Position numbers and translations under genes: made by a program. The notes under the pieces were generated by a model that worked only from the letters and a program-made list of their open reading frames with translations, was not told where the DNA came from and made no database searches. Shown here piece by piece: positions 47,052-56,518 of a stretch of 64,000 bases of DNA (within the stretch, counting starts at the first letter, position 1; each line of letters opens with the position of its first letter). Location: sequence record LC680884.1; one strand, given 5' to 3'.

Positions 47052-47744
47052 TTAAGTTCTATCGTTATCTTCAATTTTATCATATATTTTTTTGAGAATA
47101 TTAGTTTCACTATATGGCGCATTACTCTCACTTAGTTCTATTAATTTATTAAATTTTTCAATCATATCATCAGTCATAGCAAATGAATATTTTTTATTAA
47201 ATTCATTTATATCACCATAAACTTGATTTAAATTAACAAATATTTCACCAGCATGAACCAGTTCATGAACTGTTAATGATAATGGTACTAGACCTATTAT
47301 ATTATTATAATGATCATCTAATACTTCCTTTATAATAGTAAAAGAATTAAATTTTTTTCCTAAAAGGATATTTCTACTAATTGAAAGATTAATTATGTCA
47401 TGTATAGTAAAAGGATAATGGTGAAATTCTAATGACGCATCTTCTGCTGATACATTTCCTAAAACAGCACAATGAGATAAACCTAATTCATTCTTGAGGA
47501 AACCAATATAATGGGAATACTCATCACTTGATCTAATTTGACTTTTAATAGATCCAACTAATTTTTTCATTTTAGTATCATCATAGATATCAGTAAAATA
47601 AAATTTTTCTTGGAAGTAACCATCCATATTTTTTAATAAAATATTATCATTATTCTGTACACTCTGAATATTTACAATATTATTGACTTTAGCAGGACTA
47701 TTAATTTTTTTTATCATTTTCACATTTCCTCCATTTCTGAACAT
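47052..47744 (-). CDS. HNH-like (betabetaalpha-metal) protein, paralogue of 59002-59706
   Basis: C...LEFHHYPFT...GLVPLSLTVHELVH. Confidence 0.6.
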   Translation of the reverse strand: MFRNGGNVKMIKKINSPAKVNNIVNIQSVQNNDNILLKNMDGYFQEKFYFTDIYDDTKMKKLVGSIKSQIRSSDEYSHYIGFLKNELGLSHCAVLGNVSAEDASLEFHHYPFTIHDIINLSISRNILLGKKFNSFTIIKEVLDDHYNNIIGLVPLSLTVHELVHAGEIFVNLNQVYGDINEFNKKYSFAMTDDMIEKFNKLIELSESNAPYSETNILKKIYDKIEDNDRT

Positions 47745-47751
47745 AAAGATA
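47740..47751 (+). promoter_or_regulatory. Late-type promoter motif
   Basis: AACA-TAAAGA-TA before the baseplate gene at 47775. Confidence 0.55.
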
Positions 47752-47774
47752 AATAATAAGCGAGGTGAACACGA

Positions 47775-49991
47775 TTGGGAAGCAATTATAGTGTCCTCTC
47801 ACAAGGGGATATAAATGAGATTGAAAGCGTCCTTGAGTTCGCCAATGGTCTCATTCTAAAAGATACTGAATTAGCTGATTCCTTGGAAACTACAAATTCT
47901 TATCGTTTGTCTAATGAATTCATAAATATACGTTTAGGTTTATATGATGTAGATGAAGAAACTAAGAAAAAAATAATTGATGGTTATACTGAGTTAAATA
48001 GTTACTATAAAGAATTGTATGATAACTGGGGTATAGACTATTTAACTTCTAGAACTGCCAAAGATCTTCATATTTTATTAGCCACAAGACCTACTTTATC
48101 AAGAGAAGAAATGAATCTATTTTATGAGTGCTACTATGAAGTACTAAATTATCATAATAAAGTTACCTCTACTAAGGCATTTAAAAACCAAGATATGTAT
48201 AGAGGATTTATTAAATTGTTCTTAATATTCTCTACCGTCCAGAGATATCTAACTAGAAAGATGGAAAATTTCTTTAATATAGATGTTTATGATATGAGGA
48301 CTCTTAAAAATGCATTTATTTCAGTTGGTCTTGATTATTTTGAGGATATGCCAATTAACTATCAAAGAAGATTATTAAAAATGATTAATACATTATTATC
48401 TCATAAAGGAACTAATCAGGCTATTCTTGAAATTATCAATTTATTTGGTTTTGATAATATAGAGATATATAGATATGTATTGGCAAAGGGTTATAGTACA
48501 GATCCAAAAACTGGGAAATTAAACTATAATGATCCTTATCTAATGTTTTTTAAAACACCTGCTGATAAAGAAGTTGATTTTAAAAAAGATATTATTCTAG
48601 ATTATAATTCAATTGTTTCAAATGATCCTTATTGGCAAGCATCAGAAGATGAAGTAAAGAGCATTCCTTTTAATTTTATTAATTCAAAATATATGAGTGT
48701 TGATACTACAATAGATGCTATGAATGAAACAATTGGGTTAGCTTATTTCATGTCAATATTAAATAAGTTTCAATTAGATTATAGTCAAAAAGAAGGCATT
48801 GACTTTGGATTTATTAACGGAAGTATTTCTGAAAATATAGTCAAGATATATGATGCTATAGTAGCTCTGCAATCTTTAGTTATTAGAAGTCATGGTTATA
48901 GGGATACTATAAGTAAGAATCCAGATGTTATTAATTATATCTATGGCTATCGGGACATAGAAAATAGTATAGATATTAGTAGTATAATGAGTGAAATTAA
49001 AGAGATAGCTATTAAAAATGCTTCTAGAATCAATAATTATAAAGAAATTATTGAATTTACTGAGAATTTTAAAATGACAGGTTTTGAGAAAGAAAAATAT
49101 TCTATCGAAGATTTCTTAGAGGTTTTTAATACAAATGAGAAAATGCGAAAATATCTAGAAGATATGATTATAGAAACTGATAACTATCATATCTATAGAA
49201 AACTTCAAGAGATATGGGATATTGAAATGAGGACTAAAATCAGCAATTCTATTTATGGTGATAGTGAAACATTTAGTGATTACATTAAAACAAGAAATTA
49301 TGATCTATATAAATATATTCAAGTACCAGATACTATTAAAGATAGTGAGAAATTATTAGCTAATTTTTATAAAGATAGAGTATTTGAATTAACTGAATCA
49401 ATTGGAAACTATATTAGTGATCCGAAAGTAAGAAGATATTTTACAAATAATAATTTTATTGGACTAAGTTCATATATAGAAAAATATCTTTATACAATTA
49501 TTAGTATTTTTAAATCATACACTATTGATCTTTTATCAGCTAATATTGTATTTTCATTTGATGATAAAACATTTAATACTCTTAAATTATTTGATGATTT
49601 TAGTGCAACAACAGATCATAGTTTTGCAAGCACTATCGATCTATTAGATATTTCTAATATCTTAGATACTAATCTTAATATCAAAGTACCATTAAATATA
49701 AGAGATGTAATGTGGTGGCAATCTCAATTGTATAAAGATGATTCTAATATGGTTCTCAATGATGATCGAATAGTTCATACAATTCACTCACCAATAGAAG
49801 GTATAGGTTATCATGATCAATATAAAATTTCAGATATTCAAATAAATCAACATGATATCTATAAATTATCTGATCGCTTTAATTATGAGTCTAGTTTAAA
49901 CAATAATGATACTATGTTATTGAAAGAATCAGTAAAAATAACTGTATCTGAAGAGAATCAAGAAGATAAGGTTATTTATGAGGAAGTTTAA
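47775..49991 (+). CDS. Baseplate wedge-like structural protein
   Basis: LLSHKGTNQAILEIINLFG resembles the P2 gpI / T4 gp7-type KGT..AI motif; late promoter motif upstream. Confidence 0.55.
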   Translation: MGSNYSVLSQGDINEIESVLEFANGLILKDTELADSLETTNSYRLSNEFINIRLGLYDVDEETKKKIIDGYTELNSYYKELYDNWGIDYLTSRTAKDLHILLATRPTLSREEMNLFYECYYEVLNYHNKVTSTKAFKNQDMYRGFIKLFLIFSTVQRYLTRKMENFFNIDVYDMRTLKNAFISVGLDYFEDMPINYQRRLLKMINTLLSHKGTNQAILEIINLFGFDNIEIYRYVLAKGYSTDPKTGKLNYNDPYLMFFKTPADKEVDFKKDIILDYNSIVSNDPYWQASEDEVKSIPFNFINSKYMSVDTTIDAMNETIGLAYFMSILNKFQLDYSQKEGIDFGFINGSISENIVKIYDAIVALQSLVIRSHGYRDTISKNPDVINYIYGYRDIENSIDISSIMSEIKEIAIKNASRINNYKEIIEFTENFKMTGFEKEKYSIEDFLEVFNTNEKMRKYLEDMIIETDNYHIYRKLQEIWDIEMRTKISNSIYGDSETFSDYIKTRNYDLYKYIQVPDTIKDSEKLLANFYKDRVFELTESIGNYISDPKVRRYFTNNNFIGLSSYIEKYLYTIISIFKSYTIDLLSANIVFSFDDKTFNTLKLFDDFSATTDHSFASTIDLLDISNILDTNLNIKVPLNIRDVMWWQSQLYKDDSNMVLNDDRIVHTIHSPIEGIGYHDQYKISDIQINQHDIYKLSDRFNYESSLNNNDTMLLKESVKITVSEENQEDKVIYEEV

Positions 49992-50000
49992 AGAATAGTA

Positions 50001-50012
50001 AACATTTATTTG
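50001..50012 (+). promoter_or_regulatory. Late-type promoter motif (TG variant)
   Basis: AACA-TTTATT-TG upstream of the next gene. Confidence 0.45.
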
Positions 50013-50040
50013 TAAATATAATAAATTGGAGGTTTCAATA

Positions 50041-50775
50041 ATGACTGAAAAATTGAAATTCAATGATGGGATTAATATTGGAGATAAAACTTCTCAGCCA
50101 AGTTCTGGCATGGGATTAAAAGGTAAAGTAAAAGTAATGGATGAATTTGGAAATACAATTTTAGAAAAAGATAATCTAATTGTACTACGTGGAAGAACAT
50201 ATGCTTTGGAGCGTTTATTTGGTAAACCGATTGATGCAGAAGCTTCAGGTTATAAAGTTAACTTAAATAGAAGTATTTGCTTATTTAAAGTAGGTTCAGG
50301 TGGCGCTGATATTGAATCTGCACCTTTCCAACCTTTTGCACCATTGTATAGTGACGAAGATCTAGCAAAGCCAGTTCCATTTGTTGTTCAGGATCCAGCA
50401 AAGCATGAAACTCCTGAAAAAGAAAATAATCCTTCTATTATTGAGGAACTTTCAGAAGAACAAAGAAAACGTTATTATCTACCTGAAGTAAGATCTGATG
50501 GAACTACTGAATATTATGGTAAAGTTTTTGAAGTAGAACCTCAATGGGTATTCAGTAAAGAAAATAATGAAGTTTATCAAAAGATTATGCTTAAAATTAA
50601 TGCAGATGAAACTAGAGGATATCTCATTAATGAACTAGGCTTAGTATTTGCTGAGTATGATGAAGCTAATAATACCTATAAAGATACTGAGCTATTTTCA
50701 AGAGTAACTTTTGATTCAGAGTCACTCACATCTCTTACTAAAACAGTATTAATTGAATATCTTATTTATGCATAA
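50041..50775 (+). CDS. Baseplate/tail-fibre attachment protein
   Basis: KVGSGG...INELGL...LFSRVTF pattern typical of tail-collar/DUF3751-like domains; SD GGAGG favours ATG 50041. Confidence 0.55.
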   Translation: MTEKLKFNDGINIGDKTSQPSSGMGLKGKVKVMDEFGNTILEKDNLIVLRGRTYALERLFGKPIDAEASGYKVNLNRSICLFKVGSGGADIESAPFQPFAPLYSDEDLAKPVPFVVQDPAKHETPEKENNPSIIEELSEEQRKRYYLPEVRSDGTTEYYGKVFEVEPQWVFSKENNEVYQKIMLKINADETRGYLINELGLVFAEYDEANNTYKDTELFSRVTFDSESLTSLTKTVLIEYLIYA

Positions 50776-50816
50776 AAAAAAATAATCCTATATCATGTGA
50801 TATAGGATTATTCTTT

Positions 50817-50978
50817 CTATTTATTTTTACAATATTCTTCCCATTTAAAATCATCTACATAATGATCTCTTTTTAGACATTCTTCTTCCTCATTAGAATA
50901 CATAAATTTTTTAATTATGAAGAATATAATAATAAACCCAACTAAACATAGAGCAATAGTTTTTAAATCTTTGATCAT
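50817..50978 (-). CDS. Small single-pass membrane protein (53 aa)
   Basis: Hand-translated MIKDLKTIALCLVGFIIIFFIIKKFMYSNEEEECLKRDHYVDDFKWEEYCKNK; SD GAGG. Confidence 0.6.
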   Translation of the reverse strand: MIKDLKTIALCLVGFIIIFFIIKKFMYSNEEEECLKRDHYVDDFKWEEYCKNK

Positions 50979-50994
50979 CTATTTTACCTCTTAT

Positions 50995-51237
50995 TTACTG
51001 CTTATTTTTATTTTGAATCGTAACTTCTAAATCTAGACCATCTAAAATTTTCAATAATGTATTGATATTATAATTATTATCAGCATTAGTTATTCTTACT
51101 ATTTGAGGATGTTTTAATCCTATATTTTCTTCTAACTGACGTATAGATATTTTTCTTTTTTGTAACTCTTTTTTTATTTTAAAAGAGATATTTAGTTTAG
51201 CCGTCATCATACGCTCATCTATACTATTATCTAGCAT
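50995..51237 (-). CDS. XRE-family HTH regulator
   Basis: KISIRQLEENIGLKHPQIVRI...YNINTLLKILDGLDL. Confidence 0.8.
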   Translation of the reverse strand: MLDNSIDERMMTAKLNISFKIKKELQKRKISIRQLEENIGLKHPQIVRITNADNNYNINTLLKILDGLDLEVTIQNKNKQ

Positions 51238-51240
51238 CTA

Positions 51241-51741
51241 TTAATTCTCCTTAATATTAATTCGAGCTTCATTTAAAACACGAGTAAATTGTTCTCTAAC
51301 ATCTGGATTTTTAAAAAATTTATAAAAGATACTATTAATCATTGGATCAATTTGCTTTGAACCATTTAATAAATCTCTAAAATTTTTACATCTAAATGCA
51401 TATAGGAAGGTAGTATTGGAAATCCAGAATTTAAATGCATCCCATCCACCAATACCAACTTCTAACATTCTCTGATGATCTCTAGATCCATTAAATACTG
51501 TTACACCATTGCTGGATTGCATAGGATTTCCCATTTTATCAGGTACAATAAGGTGATTAGATGCATGCATTAATAATAAGTCACCTAGATAGATTCTTGT
51601 TATTCTATCTTCAACTCCCATTATCTTAGTTTCCATAGTATATAAAGTAAAACTATTATTATCAAATTCATCTCTTAATCTTTCAACTGCTTTTATTTTA
51701 TCATTTGCTGATCCTTCACTTAAATTAAGGATTTGTACCAT
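51241..51741 (-). CDS. Hypothetical protein
   Basis: 166-aa ORF in operon. Confidence 0.7.
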   Translation of the reverse strand: MVQILNLSEGSANDKIKAVERLRDEFDNNSFTLYTMETKIMGVEDRITRIYLGDLLLMHASNHLIVPDKMGNPMQSSNGVTVFNGSRDHQRMLEVGIGGWDAFKFWISNTTFLYAFRCKNFRDLLNGSKQIDPMINSIFYKFFKNPDVREQFTRVLNEARINIKEN

Positions 51742-51753
51742 TTATAGTAACTC

Positions 51754-52080
51754 CTATTCTATTCTTATTGATTTAATTTCTGGATCTACAATATTGTTAT
51801 AATCGATTATATAGATGATATTATGATCTTTATCATGGTCTATAACATTTATTGAAACAACATTCCCAATTTGTCTCTCAATATATTCAATTTCCATTGC
51901 AACAACATGATCTTCTAGTTTACCCGATTCTCTAATAGCATAGATAGTAACTGTTTCATTATTCTTTAGATCTTCTACTCCTAGCGCACTTAAATAATAA
52001 TTTAATACTTCTTCAGTCGATTTCCTAAGAGACTCATCTTTAATCATTGCAGTATCATTTTTTGTTTCTATTTTTATCAT
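51754..52080 (-). CDS. Hypothetical protein
   Basis: SD GGAGG; 108 aa. Confidence 0.7.
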   Translation of the reverse strand: MIKIETKNDTAMIKDESLRKSTEEVLNYYLSALGVEDLKNNETVTIYAIRESGKLEDHVVAMEIEYIERQIGNVVSINVIDHDKDHNIIYIIDYNNIVDPEIKSIRIE

Positions 52081-52140
52081 TACTATACCTCCAAATAGAA
52101 TAGGATGGATAAGTAAGGAATATTCCTTACTTATCCATTA

Positions 52141-52596
52141 TTATTTCACACTAATTAATTTTGATTCTTCATTTCTTTTTCTTTCAAATAGAATATCAAT
52201 TGATTCAGGCTCAACATCCAAGGGTTCTTCTTTAAAATAACCTTTAGGATCATTTAGTTTATAAATTGATGCTGTATCAACTACACTTCCAATTGAATAA
52301 TAACTCAATATCACTACATATTCTTTTAATAGAAATACATTAAGTAAATCAAAAGGATCATTTCTATCTTTTAGATGAGCAAACATTGGAACATCTAATT
52401 TAATATTGAACTCTTTTAATGCTTCTAAAAATGATTTTTCAACAGGATTATTTCTATTCTCTTCTCTTATTAGACTTTCAATACTAATTCCTTTATCAAA
52501 GAATTCATAATACGGCTCATCAGTATAATCATCAATTACATTAGATATCATTTTATCGATTTTCTTTGAATAGAATTCTTTATCTGATCTGTACAT
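52141..52596 (-). CDS. Hypothetical protein
   Basis: SD GGGGG; 151 aa. Confidence 0.7.
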   Translation of the reverse strand: MYRSDKEFYSKKIDKMISNVIDDYTDEPYYEFFDKGISIESLIREENRNNPVEKSFLEALKEFNIKLDVPMFAHLKDRNDPFDLLNVFLLKEYVVILSYYSIGSVVDTASIYKLNDPKGYFKEEPLDVEPESIDILFERKRNEESKLISVK

Positions 52597-52622
52597 TATT
52601 ATATTCCCCCAATATTATCTCT

Positions 52623-52859
52623 TTAGATTACTTCCTTGTCTTCATTCTTAAATATAGAAATTTCAGCAATAATTATACTTCCATCTTGTGATACACTAAA
52701 ATTACAATCAAACTTAGTTCCCAAAATAACATCTCTAAAAATCTCAATAGCATTAACAACATCTGTTATTCTATACTCTCTACCACAAACACTTAATTTA
52801 AAATTCTCATTATCTTCTTTATACTTTTTTAATAAATCTTTAAATAGTTGTGATCTCAT
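52623..52859 (-). CDS. Hypothetical protein
   Basis: SD AAGGAG; 78 aa. Confidence 0.7.
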   Translation of the reverse strand: MRSQLFKDLLKKYKEDNENFKLSVCGREYRITDVVNAIEIFRDVILGTKFDCNFSVSQDGSIIIAEISIFKNEDKEVI

Positions 52860-52893
52860 TTTATTCTCTCCTTATGCACTTCTTTTCCATATT

Positions 52894-52935
52894 TTATGTT
52901 TTAATATTATGTAATTTTAAATATAATTTATTCAT
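52894..52935 (-). CDS. Micro-ORF MNKLYLKLHNIKT, 13 aa
   Basis: GAAAGGAG SD before ATG, first ORF after the early motif at 52985-52997. Confidence 0.4.
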   Translation of the reverse strand: MNKLYLKLHNIKT

Positions 52936-52984
52936 TAATACTGTTTCTCCTTTCTCTTATCTAATCCCTATTATTAACATTAAT

Positions 52985-52997
52985 ATAATATATATTT
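52985..52997 (-). promoter_or_regulatory. Early-type promoter motif
   Basis: Exact AAATATATATTAT. Confidence 0.75.
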
Positions 52998-53059
52998 GAA
53001 ATATTACTATAATACGGTATGAAGATAAAATATCTCCAGATAGGAGATATTTTATCTTT

Positions 53060-53344
53060 TTAATAATAGAAACATTCTTGTTTCTTTTTGACTAGTTTTT
53101 CTCTAATTGAAAAACCAATCTTATTGTTACTTTCAAACTTTTGAATAATTTCAAAGTTTGTTCCCTCAATGATATTCTCGGCGGTAATTTTTGCACCTAG
53201 AAAGGAAAGCCATCTGTCTTCAGCTTCTTCAGCACTTTTTACACCTTCAGTACTGTAAATCCAATTAATTTTATTATCTTCAATATAAAATTTACCTGAA
53301 AGATACTCATTTTTAAGTGTCTGATAAAGCTCTTCTAATTTCAT
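53060..53344 (-). CDS. Hypothetical protein
   Basis: 94-aa ORF followed by a hairpin. Confidence 0.7.
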   Translation of the reverse strand: MKLEELYQTLKNEYLSGKFYIEDNKINWIYSTEGVKSAEEAEDRWLSFLGAKITAENIIEGTNFEIIQKFESNNKIGFSIREKLVKKKQECFYY

Positions 53345-53366
53345 GTGAATCCCATCTTTCTAATTT

Positions 53367-54617
53367 TTATAGTTCTATTTCAGATATCTTCTCCTTTGTG
53401 CCCTCCGCAATATACTTACTTATGAGGTTTAAAATTTTTAAATCACCATAAATCATTAGCGTATAAGTCATGTTATACATAGGTTCTTTCGTTATTAAGT
53501 TGAGAGTCTTCCAATCCACATTAAAGAGTTCCTCATATATCTCTTTGTTATCTACTAATACTCTGGCTTTCAAGAGTTTTGACATATCTAATTTTTGCTT
53601 TAGTGCTTCCTCTATAACTCCTCTTAACTCGGAGTTAATGAGTGGACTAAAATCTAGTATGTCAACTTCTGTATTAATATCTGGAAGGAATTGTTTATGC
53701 ACAATTAGATGCATACTATCATATTGTTCTTTTATAAAATGGGTAGGAAGAAAAAAGTCATATTTCATAGTTCTTCCTTCAATACTTGGCTCATTACTAA
53801 TTGTGTCTATTATTGGATCGTCTTTAGTTTCCATTATATAATTTGAATGAGACCATAGTTCAAAGGAAAAAGGAAAGTTTACTGTTGTACTATCAGTAAT
53901 TAAACCATTTTCATTTTTTTCATAAGTAGGTAAATCAGGAATATTTACAAGAATATTAGTTTTATAAGTATATGCATACTGGCTATTACCTGAAGATTGA
54001 TTGATTTTTTCTGTGATCGCATTATAGGAATTAGCCAAGTAGTATTCCTCTAACTTCTCCCTATCATCTGGTTTAGTTGGATCTAGATTTAATTTTTTCT
54101 CTATAATTTTAGTATACATCTTTGGTAATTCTGTCTGTAAACTTACATCATTTAAATAGAAATATCCACCAGTTTCAAATGTTTGTTTTACATAATGTAG
54201 TACATCATAAGCATACAATTCAGATGGTAACTTTATTTTAATATTGAAGTTTACCTTAATTCTATCAGGTATTGAGTATATATAAATATCATTTTTATTA
54301 TCGTATAGTACACCATTATATTTCTTCCTTGGATTCTTAAAGGTAAAATATTGTGTTGTGTGCCAATTTGGTAACAATTCCATAAATCCGGTTTCACCGT
54401 TATATTCAGGTGTCATAATTAGAGTAGGTTTTCTTAATTTTGTAATATCTACATTTTCCATTCTTATTTCATTTAAAGCACCACTAATATGAGTATCTTT
54501 AAAAAAATCAGGAGGAAACTTTGTAGATAAAAAATATCTAGCATAACCAGTAATATTTCCAATTAAAGAAGAAATAGATGTTGATATTTTACACGCCACT
54601 ATTCTAGATTCTCTCAT
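53367..54617 (-). CDS. Hypothetical (probable virion) protein
   Basis: 416-aa ORF, SD GGGGAG; no motif recognised. Confidence 0.75.
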   Translation of the reverse strand: MRESRIVACKISTSISSLIGNITGYARYFLSTKFPPDFFKDTHISGALNEIRMENVDITKLRKPTLIMTPEYNGETGFMELLPNWHTTQYFTFKNPRKKYNGVLYDNKNDIYIYSIPDRIKVNFNIKIKLPSELYAYDVLHYVKQTFETGGYFYLNDVSLQTELPKMYTKIIEKKLNLDPTKPDDREKLEEYYLANSYNAITEKINQSSGNSQYAYTYKTNILVNIPDLPTYEKNENGLITDSTTVNFPFSFELWSHSNYIMETKDDPIIDTISNEPSIEGRTMKYDFFLPTHFIKEQYDSMHLIVHKQFLPDINTEVDILDFSPLINSELRGVIEEALKQKLDMSKLLKARVLVDNKEIYEELFNVDWKTLNLITKEPMYNMTYTLMIYGDLKILNLISKYIAEGTKEKISEIEL

Positions 54618-54723
54618 TTATAATTCTCCCCATTTAAATAATTTTTAAACATATAATAAAAAAAAATAAGAACAACCTCTATATAAGATTGTTCTTATTT
54701 TAAATTCCCCATGAATTATCTAC

Positions 54724-55212
54724 TTAGTCATTATCAGTTGAATATCCTACTGGTTCATAATTGGTAATTTCGTGAAATTCATCATTATCATTACTAAATT
54801 TCATTGGTTTTCTAAAATTATATGTTTTTTCTGTACCACATTCATTACACATATCTGGGTATAAGTCATCTTCGCTATTAAGAACTTCATTACATTCAGT
54901 ACAGTAGGTAAAGTCTTTTCCCCCATTATATAAATTATCATCTTCTCTTTCGTCTTTCCATTCAAATTTATATGATCTAATAGGAAAATTATATAAACCA
55001 TTGAATCTAAAGATATATAAATCAGTATTGGTCATTCTATAAACACCAGTAACCTCTGTTCCTTTTTCAAATACAACAAGACTATTATCATTTCTAGAAA
55101 CAGAAGTAAAGAATGCAACATCTTCAGTTAGGATTGCCTTTCTACCTTGAATGTCTCTAGAACGTAAATTTCTCATTTTCATTAATTCCTCTGTTTGCGC
55201 TGTCATTGCCAT
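54724..55212 (-). CDS. Hypothetical protein with a C-terminal Zn ribbon
   Basis: CTEC...CNEC. Confidence 0.7.
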   Translation of the reverse strand: MAMTAQTEELMKMRNLRSRDIQGRKAILTEDVAFFTSVSRNDNSLVVFEKGTEVTGVYRMTNTDLYIFRFNGLYNFPIRSYKFEWKDEREDDNLYNGGKDFTYCTECNEVLNSEDDLYPDMCNECGTEKTYNFRKPMKFSNDNDEFHEITNYEPVGYSTDND

Positions 55213-55240
55213 TTGTTTTCTCTCCCAATTAATTAGTTAT

Positions 55241-55609
55241 TTAAACTAATTCTCTTATTTTTTTATCTTGTTCTTTAGTTTGTAAAGCTCCTGTTTCAAT
55301 TCTTTGAATAGTTCTTTTAGAGCAACCAAGTATTTCTGCAAATTCTTCTTGAGATAAGTTTTTCTTTTCTCTAATATTTTTTATCTCTTCTGAATGAAGA
55401 AGGTTATTTTCATTCCTATACTTAGTATAAGCTTTAATAAAATTTTCATCAATTCTCTTTGGATCAGTAATCTCTTCCCCACATATTGTACATTCTAGAA
55501 AACGACTAGTAATTTCAATTTCTTGTCCATAGAAATTAAATGTATCACTTTTAAAAACTTCATTAAAATCTCTCATCTCATAACACTCTGGACAAAATGA
55601 ATGTTCCAT
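55241..55609 (-). CDS. MqsA-like protein (Zn finger + XRE HTH)
   Basis: CPEC...CTICGEE then IKNIREKKNLSQEEFAEILGCSKRTIQRIETG. Confidence 0.8.
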   Translation of the reverse strand: MEHSFCPECYEMRDFNEVFKSDTFNFYGQEIEITSRFLECTICGEEITDPKRIDENFIKAYTKYRNENNLLHSEEIKNIREKKNLSQEEFAEILGCSKRTIQRIETGALQTKEQDKKIRELV

Positions 55610-55628
55610 TATTAATCACTCCTTTATT

Positions 55629-55808
55629 TTATCTTGTTGTTTCCAATACTAACATAGTAATATTAAAAATAAAGAATCCAATAAATAACAATGCAAATAT
55701 TGAGAATATAGCTTTCTCTAATTTAGTTTTAACAGTAACTAGTCCATAAGTAAATATGAATATGAATAATACACCCATAATCATTCCTAAAGTATCATTA
55801 ACAGCCAT
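55629..55808 (-). CDS. Small 2-TM membrane protein (59 aa)
   Basis: Hand-translated MAVNDTLGMIMGVLFIFIFTYGLVTVKTKLEKAIFSIFALLFIGFFIFNITMLVLETTR; SD AAGGAG. Confidence 0.65.
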   Translation of the reverse strand: MAVNDTLGMIMGVLFIFIFTYGLVTVKTKLEKAIFSIFALLFIGFFIFNITMLVLETTR

Positions 55809-55820
55809 TAACTTTACTCC

Positions 55821-55967
55821 TTAATAAACTTTGATAGATAGTATTTGCTTTCCTTCCATAACTGCATTATTGATCATTTTTGAAATAGCATCATTATAAT
55901 CTTTTGCAGGTATTTGAGTGTAGAATGTTCCATAATCTTTATACGCAATATGTACTGAATAATTCAT
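55821..55967 (-). CDS. Small hypothetical protein (48 aa)
   Basis: MNYSVHIAYKDYGTFYTQIPAKDYNDAISKMINNAVMEGKQILSIKVY; SD GGGGG; first gene after an early motif. Confidence 0.6.
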   Translation of the reverse strand: MNYSVHIAYKDYGTFYTQIPAKDYNDAISKMINNAVMEGKQILSIKVY

Positions 55968-56006
55968 ATTATTCCCCCTTAATTTTTATTATCTAATTAC
56001 AAAGAA

Positions 56007-56019
56007 ATAATATATATTT
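56007..56019 (-). promoter_or_regulatory. Early-type promoter motif
   Basis: Exact AAATATATATTAT. Confidence 0.75.
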
Positions 56020-56059
56020 AAAAACTCCTATAATCTTTTAGGATTATAGGAGCAATTTA

Positions 56060-56479
56060 TTATTTTTTGTTGAAATGAAATACTACATTCTCAATGAGAG
56101 TTTCAACAGCCTTCTCATCAAGTTCAGATGGCTTAAGACCAACACCTTCAGCAATAGCATGGAAGTTTTCTTTAGCCAACTTTAATTTTTCTTCAGATTG
56201 CAACTCTGTACCTTGACTCACTTGCTCTACACCTTTAGCGGCAACTTCAGCCACTTTTTGTAAAACATCAAAAGCATGAGCCGCAGGATGTTGTGAAACA
56301 CCCTTAGTCACAATAGCCTTTAGTACTCCTAATACAGTTGGGAGAGCATTAGTTACTTCTTGAAGGACTGGAGCTAGTTCTTTATGTCTTTTTAGGAAGA
56401 CACTAACTCCAAAACCTCCAGCTAATACAACTACTGCTAGAATAACACAATAAATTAAATTCATAAGTTCAGGTGTCAT
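56060..56479 (-). CDS. Holin (LL-H-like family)
   Basis: N-terminal TM, then AEVAAKGVEQ...EEKL..AK...ETLIENVV..FN pattern. Confidence 0.65.
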   Translation of the reverse strand: MTPELMNLIYCVILAVVVLAGGFGVSVFLKRHKELAPVLQEVTNALPTVLGVLKAIVTKGVSQHPAAHAFDVLQKVAEVAAKGVEQVSQGTELQSEEKLKLAKENFHAIAEGVGLKPSELDEKAVETLIENVVFHFNKK

Positions 56480-56501
56480 TAATAACCCTCCTTTATTTAT
56501 T

Positions 56502-56513
56502 TAATTTATTGTT
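56502..56513 (-). promoter_or_regulatory. Late-type promoter motif
   Basis: AACA-ATAAAT-TA, ~23 nt before the holin ATG. Confidence 0.6.
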
Positions 56514-56518
56514 ATAAA

